This document shows positions 28,957 through 39,230 of a stretch of DNA of 52,975 bases, in pieces. A program made the translations under genes and the position numbers. The DNA is from a virus. Taxonomy: Duplodnaviria; Caudoviricetes. Where the stretch lies: positions 1 through 52,975 of IMG/VR virus record IMGVR_UViG_3300046170_000181, one strand, 5' to 3'. The notes under the pieces are model-generated. The model was not told the origin of the DNA and did no database searches. It was given only the letters and a program-made list of their open reading frames with translations. The number at the start of each line of letters is the position of its first letter. Position 1 is the stretch's first letter.

Positions 28957-31059
28957 GTGAGGATTATGCAAAATTCTACTAACTACTTCCCCTCGGGATA
29001 CGAGGAATTCATTTTTAAATCACGGTACGCACGTTGGCTGGAGTCAGAAGGACGCCGTGAAGATTGGCCGGAAACTGTTGAACGTATGGTTACGTTTATT
29101 AAGGGCCAATTAAAAACCAATCATAATTTTAAATTGGATCAGAAGACTACGGACGAGATCCGTGAGGCGGTTCTGTCATTTGAAGTAATGCCATCAATGC
29201 GTTCACTGATGACCAGTGGCCCGGCACTAGCCCGTGATAATACGGCAGGATACAACTGTAGTTATCTTCCTGTTGATGATCCTAAGTCATTTGATGAAGC
29301 AATGTTTATTCTACTTTGTGGGACGGGCGTTGGCTTTAGCTGTGAATGGAAAAACGTACAGAAGCTTCCAGATGTACCGGATGCATTGTATGATAGTGAA
29401 ACGGTCATCATGGTGCGCGATAGTAAGGAAGGTTGGGCAAAAGCATTCCGTCAGCTTATTGCATTGCTGTATTCCGGCGAGATCCCAAAATGGGATGTGT
29501 CCCGAGTACGTCCGGCAGGAGCACGGTTAAAGACATTCGGTGGACGCGCCAGTGGCCCACAGCCTCTAGTAGACCTATTCGAGTTCACATCAAACCTATT
29601 TAAGAACGCGGCGGGGCGTAAGCTTAACTGCCTAGAAGCGCATGATATCATGTGTAAGGTAGGCGAGATTGTTGTTGTTGGTGGTGTGCGCCGTAGTGCA
29701 ATGATTTCTCTTTCGGATTTGTCTGACAAGCTTCTCGCAAATGCTAAGAGCATCTATGACGTTCAGGAATACATTCTTATTAACGAAACAGATACGGAAT
29801 GGCATTACACCCTGACAATGAAAGAAGGTCAGGCTACCCACCCAACCTATCGTATCAAACTGAATAAAGAGACGCACAAGTGGGATAGACAACAGCTTGA
29901 ATCAGAAAAGAAGATCGGCTGGTGGGTATTGGAGCCTCAGAGGGCTCTAGCTAATAACAGTGCTACTTATGAAGAGAGCCCGGATGTACTTACATTCATG
30001 GATGAGTGGTCTTCACTGATTGCATCACAGTCCGGTGAGCGGGGTATATTTAACCGAGATGCTTCCCGTAGGACGGCGGAGAAAACTGGCCGGCGTGACG
30101 TTAATCATGAGTTCGGAACCAACCCTTGTTCTGAGATAGTTTTACGCCCATATCAGTTTTGCAACCTTAGTGAGTGTGTAGTCCGTGAAAAAGACGATCT
30201 ACAAGACCTAAAGCGTAAGGTTCGCATTGCAACCATTCTAGGGACGTTCCAGAGCACCCTGACGCACTTCCCCTACCTTCGTAAGGTATGGAAGAGCAAC
30301 ACGGAAGAAGAGCGGTTGCTGGGCGTAAGCTTGACCGGAATAATGGACAATGCTGTCCTTGCCAACACAACGGATAGTGAGCGTTGGTTGCAGGAGCTTA
30401 GAGAGCTTGCAGTAGAAACGAACAAGACATGGGCGAAGAAGCTTGGCATCCCACAGAGTGCTAGTATCACTTGCGTGAAGCCTTCCGGTACAGTGAGCCA
30501 GCTTGTGGATGCGGCATCCGGAATTCATACACGCCATAACCCACACTACATCCGTACAGTTCGCGGCGATAAGAAAGATCCACTGACTCAGTTTATGATT
30601 GACTCAGGTATCCCTGCCGAAGATTGCGTAATGAAGCCTGATACTACAGTCGTATTCAGCTTTCCTAAAAAGGCCCCTACTAATGCGGTTTGCCGTAACG
30701 ATAAAAGTGCAATTAAACAGCTTGAATTATGGCTTTTGTACCAAAAGTTCTGGTGCGAACATAAGCCATCTGTTAGTATAACAGTTAAGGAAAGTGAATG
30801 GCTACAAGTAGGTGCATGGGTATACGATAATTTCGATGATATTAGCGGAATTAGCTTTATGCCGTTTAGCGAACATACCTACAAACAGGCTCCATATCAG
30901 GATTGCTCCGTTGAGGAGTATGAAGAAATGCTCAGTAAAATGCCGGCTAAGATCAATTGGTCTAAGCTGTCTGAGTATGAAAAAGAAGATAATACGATTT
31001 CTAGCCAGACGTTGGCTTGTACAGGGGGAGTATGTGAAATCGTAGATATCGCCAGTTAA
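28957..31059 (+). CDS. nrdJ: Class II (B12-dependent, monomeric-type) ribonucleotide reductase
   Basis: PSMR, YNCS, GGVRRSA, TNPCSEI, CNL, VKPSGT, EHKPS and C-terminal CTGGVC; no NrdB gene nearby. Confidence 0.92.
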   Translation: MRIMQNSTNYFPSGYEEFIFKSRYARWLESEGRREDWPETVERMVTFIKGQLKTNHNFKLDQKTTDEIREAVLSFEVMPSMRSLMTSGPALARDNTAGYNCSYLPVDDPKSFDEAMFILLCGTGVGFSCEWKNVQKLPDVPDALYDSETVIMVRDSKEGWAKAFRQLIALLYSGEIPKWDVSRVRPAGARLKTFGGRASGPQPLVDLFEFTSNLFKNAAGRKLNCLEAHDIMCKVGEIVVVGGVRRSAMISLSDLSDKLLANAKSIYDVQEYILINETDTEWHYTLTMKEGQATHPTYRIKLNKETHKWDRQQLESEKKIGWWVLEPQRALANNSATYEESPDVLTFMDEWSSLIASQSGERGIFNRDASRRTAEKTGRRDVNHEFGTNPCSEIVLRPYQFCNLSECVVREKDDLQDLKRKVRIATILGTFQSTLTHFPYLRKVWKSNTEEERLLGVSLTGIMDNAVLANTTDSERWLQELRELAVETNKTWAKKLGIPQSASITCVKPSGTVSQLVDAASGIHTRHNPHYIRTVRGDKKDPLTQFMIDSGIPAEDCVMKPDTTVVFSFPKKAPTNAVCRNDKSAIKQLELWLLYQKFWCEHKPSVSITVKESEWLQVGAWVYDNFDDISGISFMPFSEHTYKQAPYQDCSVEEYEEMLSKMPAKINWSKLSEYEKEDNTISSQTLACTGGVCEIVDIAS

Positions 31060-31074
31060 AATGGAGAAGCCAAA

Positions 31075-31242
31075 GTGAGTAGTACAACAAAGAAACCCCC
31101 GTTAGTAATGGCCTATGAAATGGGCTTAAACGCTTTTTACAGAGGTATCTTTGATAGCCCCTATAAAAAAAGCTCTGTGCTCCACAAGGAGTGGGAACGA
31201 GGCTTTAATACTTCTTACTTTGCCAATCAAAAGGCGGCTTAA
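31075..31242 (+). CDS. Rmf-like small protein (55 aa), absent from the ORF track
   Basis: AYEMGLNAF..SPY..EWERGF resembles the ribosome-modulation-factor pattern; GGAG RBS before a GTG start. Confidence 0.5.
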   Translation: MSSTTKKPPLVMAYEMGLNAFYRGIFDSPYKKSSVLHKEWERGFNTSYFANQKAA

Positions 31243-31245
31243 ACT

Positions 31246-31449
31246 GTGTACGTTTATGTACTGATGTTATTTTATTGGAATGGCCCGGTTATGTATCCGC
31301 AAGCTTTCAAAACTTTTGAAGACTTCGAGGAATGCATAGCCGAGGCCATTATTATCCAAGAAGATAAATCAATCCCTTTCAACGCGGCCTGTATGCCTAC
31401 ACGGCCAAAACCAACTGCTCAAATTAACAAAGGAGAAAAACATGGCTGA
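31246..31449 (+). CDS. Hypothetical protein
   Basis: 67 aa, hydrophobic N-terminus and two Cys. Confidence 0.5.
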   Translation: MYVYVLMLFYWNGPVMYPQAFKTFEDFEECIAEAIIIQEDKSIPFNAACMPTRPKPTAQINKGEKHG

Positions 31450-31702
31450 AGAAGCTAAAACCGTAGATGACATCCTAGAGGGATGTAAAGGCAAGATGGA
31501 ATCTTGTGTAGTTACCGGGTTTGATACAAACGGAAATCTGTTTATGTCTAGCTCAGTGAACAATGTTCCCTTCATGCACTGGACTTTAAATAAGTCTATT
31601 TTCGAGCTGGGTCTGTTTGAAAAGCAAGCCAATGCAAATAAACCCCCTCAAACGGAAGAAGCCCCTGCATCAGACGTTGACACAGAGGCTTCAGATTCCT
31701 AA
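31442..31702 (+). CDS. Hypothetical protein
   Basis: 86 aa with an AAGGAG RBS. Confidence 0.65.
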   Translation: MAEEAKTVDDILEGCKGKMESCVVTGFDTNGNLFMSSSVNNVPFMHWTLNKSIFELGLFEKQANANKPPQTEEAPASDVDTEASDS

Positions 31703-31708
31703 TATATA

Positions 31709-31780
31709 GATGTTCATTTTAGCTAGTGAACACCAGCCCCCGCTACCGTCTAACCAACGGATCAATGGCGGGGGTTTTTA
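31709..31780 (+). ncRNA. Candidate 3'-UTR small RNA plus terminator of the replication arm
   Basis: Hairpin TGTTCA-TTTTAGCTAG-TGAACA followed by a CCCCCGC..GCGGGGG-TTTTT terminator; 14 nt antisense to both cassette leaders. Confidence 0.5.
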
Positions 31781-31781
31781 T

Positions 31782-34700
31782 TTATTGTAGTGGTATGGCG
31801 TCTCGGGTGAGATCCGTATTTCTATCCTTGTATGCGCCCAGCGCACCCTTAGTAAAGTACCGGCTTGTAAGAGCAATCAAATCTTCTTGAGTGTGCTCTT
31901 TACCTACAAGCTCGAAGGCTTCTTTCATGTAGTTAGGGTTGGCCATCATCATATCAAATGTGGTCATATACAGCTCTTGAGCTTGTCTATCACTCATCTC
32001 CGTAAATACACGTCCTATGTTCCGCGCCTTTGTGGCAGTCGGGTTTAGTACGCCCAATGTAAGCACGATTAGCCGGTCTACTTTTTGACGGTTGTCGATA
32101 TTCTGTGCCGTATTTGATCCGAAGTTCCCCGGGCGATATGCTCGATTATTTAATGCAATATTCTGTACCTGTAGAAGATCTACGAGATTTTGGTACATTT
32201 CCGGATCATCGGCAAACAACTCTTTAGCAACAACTAGCGTATTATCTCCGCCCCGCTGGCCGAGTATTCTGTCGAGCTTGGCCGCACTCATTTCATTTAC
32301 TGACCCGGCACCACCTTCAAGAGGATCTGCACCAAGGCGTTTTGCTGTTCCTATTTGATCAGCCACATAATTGAAGAAGTGGGCTTTAATTCCATCACGG
32401 ATAAGCGGGTTCGTATTAGGGTTCTCAAGCATCCGTTTAATTTGATCAGGAGCATTCTTACTTTTTAGAAGCTCATCAAATGCGGCACTAGGGTTAGCAC
32501 GAACCGCTGTATTACCGGTCAGGTCACTAACAAAGATACTTGCCGCATCCATTTGTGCGTTACGGATAACTTGATCATAATTAGCCTGATTAGTTTCGAG
32601 AACTTCTTTAGCTGTTAGAAGACCGGCATCAACCTGCCTCTAGGTCTTTAATGGTTTGATCAAATGATGAAAGAATACCTCTTCCTGCATCCGTTGATTC
32701 AAGTTGTTGTATATATGGCTGTAGTGCAGTTCTTACTTGATCGGCTGATATAGGCTTGCCGGCTTCGCTCATATTAAGAAGAGCCTTCATTGCAAGTCCG
32801 CCGTATGCATTGGCAAGGTTCATATCTGTACCCGGCCCGGAAGCCACACGGAGAGCCTCTAGTAGCTCTTCCATCTGAACACCGCTTGGATCTGCTTCAG
32901 CTTGTTTAAGAAGCATATAACCTTGTGAAAGCGTATCAGGCAGTCCGACAGGACGCCCCGTTGCTGTTACTACATCTTTACCCTCTGCCGTGGTGCTTGG
33001 AATAATGTTGCCGGCATCATCAATTTGAGCGGATACACCCCGAGCTGAGTCTTCCCATGCAGAAAGTGCGCTGGTAGATCCCCATACGGATTCATGATCG
33101 GCATAAACATTTTTAGCATTAACGAATGCTTCATCACCACTTTGTGTGGCCATGTCATCAATAACACCCTTGAGCTGAACCAACAGGTTAGCCGCCGGGT
33201 TCTTGTCGGCTCGAAGAGTTGTAATCCGCCCGGACAAAGCTGGTCTTACTTTAGTGTAAAGGAATTTAAGTGATAGGCCCTCTCCTTCAAGTCTTGCAAC
33301 GACATCATCCATCGTTTCCATGACGGGCTTTTTATTAGCACCCTTACCGGTGAACATGAGCTCACCAGCATCATCCAGCTTCTGTTGAGGCTTAAACCCT
33401 TTAACAATGTCTGCAATCGGATCTTGTTTGGTTGCAGTGCTAGTAATGAAATCAATTGAGTTATCGGCTTTGAAGATATCGTTGAAGTCTTCAATAAATG
33501 ATTTTGTATCAATTGGGGCATCATCTGGAAGAGCCTTGAAAGCTTCATTATAATTATCGTAGCTCTGACGCCATGACTTATAAAGGTCTTCCCCGGTCAG
33601 CATACTGAATGTTTGCCGTTCAGCCGCCGTAGAACCAATAGCATTCTTATCACGAGTTCCGTCTAGGATAGTTACAATTCTATCTCTGTCTCGCACGGCT
33701 TTAGCCTGTGCCTCTGCTATATCGGCATTTACGGTTGCTGTATCAAGCAGACTACGAGCATCTGATACATCGGTTACAATTCTACTAGCCTCGGCTGTAG
33801 CAAGATCATCAGCGGCCACTACACCGCCGGGAAGAGCTTCGTCACCGGCTGTACGCAAGGTAGATGTTACCTGTGCATTGATCATTGAATCTGCCTGATT
33901 AACGATGGGTGCGTTAGATCGGCTTTGCTTCATTGCTACAATGCGGTTCGCCATGTCAGCGGCTTGTTCTTTTACTTCAGCCTCAAATGCTTCCTTGCCA
34001 ATGATTGGTTCACGCCACGCCATTGTACGGCGGAAATAGTTCTCTGCCCCGAGCATGATTGCGGAACCAGAGTCGAGACTTATTTCAGCACCATCTTTTA
34101 CAAGGTTAGTTGTGAACGAGCTGTTCTCCGCCATAACTGCGCCGAGCTCATATGCTCTACGGGCAATCTCATTAAGCGGGGTATCATCCGTGATAGTAGG
34201 ATCAATTTCCTTTAGGATAATCATACCAAGTTCGCGTTGACGCCGTGCTTCGCTACCCGCACCCTTCGGTACAAATTTACTAGTTAGATATTTTGCACCC
34301 TTAAAGCTTTTTGCGAGTACGTTAATTCCAAAGCTGAATACTTCGTTATCAATGTAATGAGCTAGATTTTTATTTTCTTCGGGATCTGCACCAAACATCT
34401 CAAGGACATCGTCACCTACCAAAGGTTCGGCTGTGTCTGGTGTTGTTACAGTAGCACCTAAGTTAGCACCGCGCTCAATCAGAACACCTTTCAGGAATAA
34501 TTCCATACCCTGTTTAAAGTTGTCTGGGTTAGCTTGCTTTGCCTCATCCCACATTTTAGAGACATATTTAGCCATCTTAGGTGATAATTTAACCACCTTA
34601 TCAAGCTTGGCTACAATGCCGGCACCAGTTGCACCACCCGCCACAATACTAGTTATTTCCTGTCCTACTTCCTCAAGGCCGCTGGCCGCTGGATATATTG

Positions 34701-35382
34701 GGAAATTCTCACGGACACTATTCGAGCTGGGGTCACCGCCGAGAAGTGGATCTACGAGGTAGTCTTCTACGAAGGCACCTGTTTCTTGAGCCCCTCTTAG
34801 AAGGCCACCCATTAATGTACGCTGAAAACCTGTGCTTTCTGCGCCGGGTTTAGGAACGATATATGTTCTCTGTCCGTCAGGAGTATCAAATACCTGTGTA
34901 CGGGTTTCAACGCCAAACGTATCCCCAAGAAATGTTCCGGGCCCACCTAGACTAGCCTCACCATAATCACGGAAGCGGCTCATGTTGGCTTCTGTAATGG
35001 CTCGTTCGAGCATCATATTACGGGTAATGCTGTCCGTGGCATTTTGATATTCATCAGACTCAACTACGTTAACGATGATGGGGTTTTTCTTCTCATCTTC
35101 CGTAATGGGTGTTTCCATACGGTCAATATTAATAAACCCAAGCGTAGCATCTTTAGGATCAAAATATCCGCCCATAGTGGAGTCTTCCTCACCGGTAAAC
35201 GGTTTGGAATCTTTCATGGCGTTTAATGCGGCCTGACGAGCTTTTTCGAGCTCGGCATCTATAGTTGCCTGAGTCTTTGCTTCTTCATCAGTAGCAACCT
35301 CAATATCAGCAAATGGGTCTGGTGTTCCATCTTCGGAGCCAGCTAAAGTTACATCTGCAAATGGGTCGTTAGTATCGGCCAT
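31782..35382 (-). CDS. Large internal virion (ejection) protein (+1 frameshift at ~32635)
   Basis: ORFs 32629-35382 and 31782-32552 join to ~1200 aa, helical; last gene of the structural arm. Confidence 0.65.
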
Positions 35383-35392
35383 TTATTTGTCC

Positions 35393-38300
35393 TTACTGCT
35401 TATAAAGCTTACCATCGATAATCTTATCACCAACGCTGGCACCCAAGTTTTGTAGGGATTGGCTATTAGCAATATCATCGGCGGTCAGGGTCTTTACGGA
35501 TGAGTATGTAGACCCTTGCTGTATGCCTTTAACTTTAGCAAAGGCGGAGTTCACAAAGTTCTGCACTTCGACTGAACGTCCCTTCATGGCAAAAGCCATT
35601 GGGTCATCCCACCAACGCTGTCCTTGGTTCATCATGTATGCCGCGCCGGGGTTGTCGCCTATAGTACGGGCACTTGCCGCGTTGTTGTTAAGCTGTTGGT
35701 AAACAACCCTCTCAAGGTTATCACGAATGACATCCATGTCGTTGCTATTAAATATTTGTTTGAAATAGTTGTCATAGTCTTTGTTAGACAATGCAGTTCC
35801 GCTGTTTCCTTGAGAACGTGCTAAAGTAAAGATAAGTGCCGCTTCCTGTGCAAGGATCTGTTTAACACCGGGAGCAAATTTATCACTATTGTTGATATTT
35901 GATATAAGAGACTGACGGTCAATATCAAAGATAGGATCACCGTTTTCATCAACGCGGTCTGTTTGGAACTTAACCCTATCAATGAGAGCATTCATCTCAA
36001 CACGAACAGTGTCACCAACCGCGTAGGTTCGTGCAATGAGAGTCCGTGCGTCCGGAACTTGCTCATAATAGGCCATGTATGTCAGAGCGGATTCAGCAAA
36101 GTTAGCACTTTCTGTTAGTGCATTCTTCTTCTTAATCCAATCAGATGCCGCAACACGTTCTGCTTTAATTGGTGCGTCTGGCGGTGCAGTAAACAAATTA
36201 GCTTCATCCGCCGCATCAACCTTTTCACCGTTGATATACAATCCGTCTGGTCGGCGTTCACCGTTACCAAGCAACGATATACCATTTTCTCCAGCCGAAT
36301 AAACTACAACAGGCTTTGGTGTGTTAGTATCAACATTTGCATTACCTTGAGCCTTGGCCTCGGTAGATGCAATAATTCCGTCCGTCAAACCCTGTTCAAT
36401 AAGATTAAGCTGTTCGAGAACATCTCCGTTATCTTTATATTTCTGACGGAGGCCGGGTAGCATATTAAGTGCAGTTACCTCTTCAGGCACAAACCCCACA
36501 CTATCATTAAGTTCCTTATTAACATTAAAGGTTGTTTCGAGACGATCCTCTAAAGATGTAGTTGTGGATAGTCGTAAACTGTTCTCTATACGTTTTAGCT
36601 GTCCTAGAATAATAGAATTATCTGCGTATTGCTCTTGTAGTCCCGGGATCTGATCCAGATTTGTTACAGTAGATGGGATAAAGCCCACTTCGTTATTTGC
36701 TTCCTGTTCAGCCACCGTAGTAGCAATAACACGGGTTTTTGTTGTCTCTTCGATGTTTGATAAAAGGCCGGTTTGAATTGCATCTAGCTGGCCGAGAACA
36801 GCCGGGTTGTCTTTATATTTCTGTCTAAGAGCCGGGATTTGGTTTACGTTTGTAACATCGTCCGGAATAAATCCAACAGCCGAATTTATAGATTTAATGA
36901 CGTTATTAGACTGTTCATTTGCAACGAGTAGTGCGCCAGCAATGGCTTCTTCATCATTTTCCCGAATGGCTTTTTGACCCGCATCAGTACGCAACCATAT
37001 ATTAAAGAAACCTTCTGATGGGTTCGCCATATCAAAATTAATATCAGTTGGGGAATCTGGGTTAAGTATTTTATCTAGCTCTGTAACTTTAGTTGTAATT
37101 GCATCAATATTTCCAGATTCTAACGCGGCTGTACCTTCTTCTGTCTCAATCCAAGTATTCATTACGCCGCCGAGGACAGAAGTTCCGAATAGAGATCCAG
37201 TACCCTTGCTCTCATATTGTTTCTTGTATTTAACAATAAGCTCCATCTGTTTTGCGGAGTCGTTATCTTCAAGGGCTTTAACAAACTCTGCGTCATCATA
37301 AAGTGCCTGAATCATCAGGTCATTCATATCTTTTGGAAGATCCGCCGCCGTTTTACCCGGGACAAAGTTACCAATAATCTCTGGCCTATTAGGATTATAA
37401 TCCCCGGTCATGAGAGTATCATATTCGTCCTGATCCATATTAAGCTGAGTTAGAATACGGCTCTGAATACCTTGTTGCCTCCGCTTCACGAGCATTGGCA
37501 AAGAACCCACCAAATATACCGGTGTTTTTATCTTCATTGAGAGCATCATCTGTTTGTTGGCCAGATCCGTCTGTATTGTCCGTGTTATTACCATCGGCAG
37601 TTACGGCCAGCGGCGCGGACTCTGTAGTTACATAAGCACCACTTTTATGACCCATCATCACTTCGTTAGTAAATGCAAGGCTGTCCGGAAGGCTTGTTAC
37701 ATCCTTACCGTTTTCGTACCACCATACGCGCGGATTATCACCACGGGTATCAACATGAATTGTATTTACACCAAACCCGATACCTTTAGCACCATTTGCA
37801 GATAGCTCTTTAACAACATCAAGCTTTTCTTGGTCGCTCATGCCCGTAGTATCAATATCGAATGCATTACCATTATGATTGGTTTCATCATCACCACGGT
37901 GTGCACTGTGAAGAGTTACACTATTTTTGCCAAGGTTCTTCATCGACTTAGACACTAGGTCAACAATCTCTTGGTTTTGATTTTGTGTGGGGTCGCCTTT
38001 ACGGCCCTTACCTTGAGCATATCCAGAGTAATTAAAGGTAAACTCACCCTCGTTTGAAAGGCCGAGATTATCCATTTGACTATCTGTTGTATTAGAACCT
38101 TCAACTACAGGTGCTACAACAGCCTCACCATTTAATCCGGTATTATCTACTTGTGTGTTTCCAATTTCAGGGAATGTGAATTTACCCTCAGTGAGGTCTT
38201 CCCGGATATCTTTAATTGCACGTCCTTGATCAATCCATGCATAAACCTGTCCGGTGGCTCTTTTATCTAGGTCAAATTCACTGACCAGAGACTCAGCTTG

Positions 38301-38480
38301 ATTTTTAATTTTATTAGCGGCCGTATCCAGCGCATCTTTTTTCTTACGCTTTTCACGCGCAAGCAGGACGCCGGTTTTAACCTCGTCATCCATTCTATCC
38401 ATAGAAGCTTGAAAAGTTCGTGTGAAAGTAGGTGCGAAGGTGCTTGCAAAGCCTTCACCAAATGCGTCCCAATCAGCCAT
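35393..38480 (-). CDS. Internal virion protein with a peptidase M15-like domain (+1 frameshift at ~37480)
   Basis: SAHR..NHNGNAFDI..GIGFGVNTIHVDTR (M15 Zn motifs); three internal VGFIP..VT..QIPxL repeats. Confidence 0.65.
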
Positions 38481-39040
38481 TATACAACCTCTTCTTCCTG
38501 CACGTCTTCATCCCCAGCACCATATCCGAGCATTGCTCTTTGTTCTTCTTCTGGTGCGGGTGCCATAAGCCCCTCAGTTTCTTCAGCTAAAATAAGTTCG
38601 GCTTCACCACGGACAGCATCGTCTGCCTCTTCTCTTTCAGGTTCACTAGCTTGGAACATTCGTAAGTATGGGGCTGTAATTTCAGGTGCTTCATCATCAA
38701 TACCGAGATCATACTCGATGTCATATTGCTTCGCCATTACGGTCAATAACCGTGCTACAGGGCCGGCCAGCAACAGTGCAAAGTCAGGTGTAAATTTACC
38801 TCTGCCTACATTAATTGTAACAATCATATCTGTTACTGAGGCAACCGTTACACCCACCTCAATCATTGCCATATAACGAAGATCACTGTCCGTCTCAGTG
38901 AGGTCACGAACAATAAACTTCATGGCCTCATCGAGATCCGTAATGTCGGGTGGACGGTGCCACGGATAATTACGGGTATCACTAGTGTAATTTTCGCCCG
39001 GGATGGGTGCGTTTGGACGTTTTGGATCAATCAAGCTCAT
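38480..39040 (-). CDS. Conserved virion-associated protein
   Basis: APIPGE..YPWHRPP motif typical of this gene block. Confidence 0.65.
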   Translation of the reverse strand: MSLIDPKRPNAPIPGENYTSDTRNYPWHRPPDITDLDEAMKFIVRDLTETDSDLRYMAMIEVGVTVASVTDMIVTINVGRGKFTPDFALLLAGPVARLLTVMAKQYDIEYDLGIDDEAPEITAPYLRMFQASEPEREEADDAVRGEAELILAEETEGLMAPAPEEEQRAMLGYGAGDEDVQEEEVV

Positions 39041-39230
39041 CTACAACGTCCTCTTCCTTTTTACCTTTGTCCTTGGATTTTTTATCAAGGCCATCAGCTT
39101 CTTTTTCGAGATCATCGAAGTATTCGGGCGTATAGGTAAAACTACCGCCGTTAGTTTCAATGTAGGCATTAGGCATAACGCCCTCGAAGTATTTTTTGAT
39201 GGATTGTTTTATTGCTTGTTCAAACGTCAT
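39027..39230 (-). CDS. Hypothetical protein
   Basis: 67 aa ORF coupled to its neighbours. Confidence 0.55.
   Translation of the reverse strand: MTFEQAIKQSIKKYFEGVMPNAYIETNGGSFTYTPEYFDDLEKEADGLDKKSKDKGKKEEDVVDELD

Noticed and set aside
29752-29919. Mini-intein in the ribonucleotide reductase
   Set aside because: Too short and lacks the N-terminal C/S block and terminal HN.
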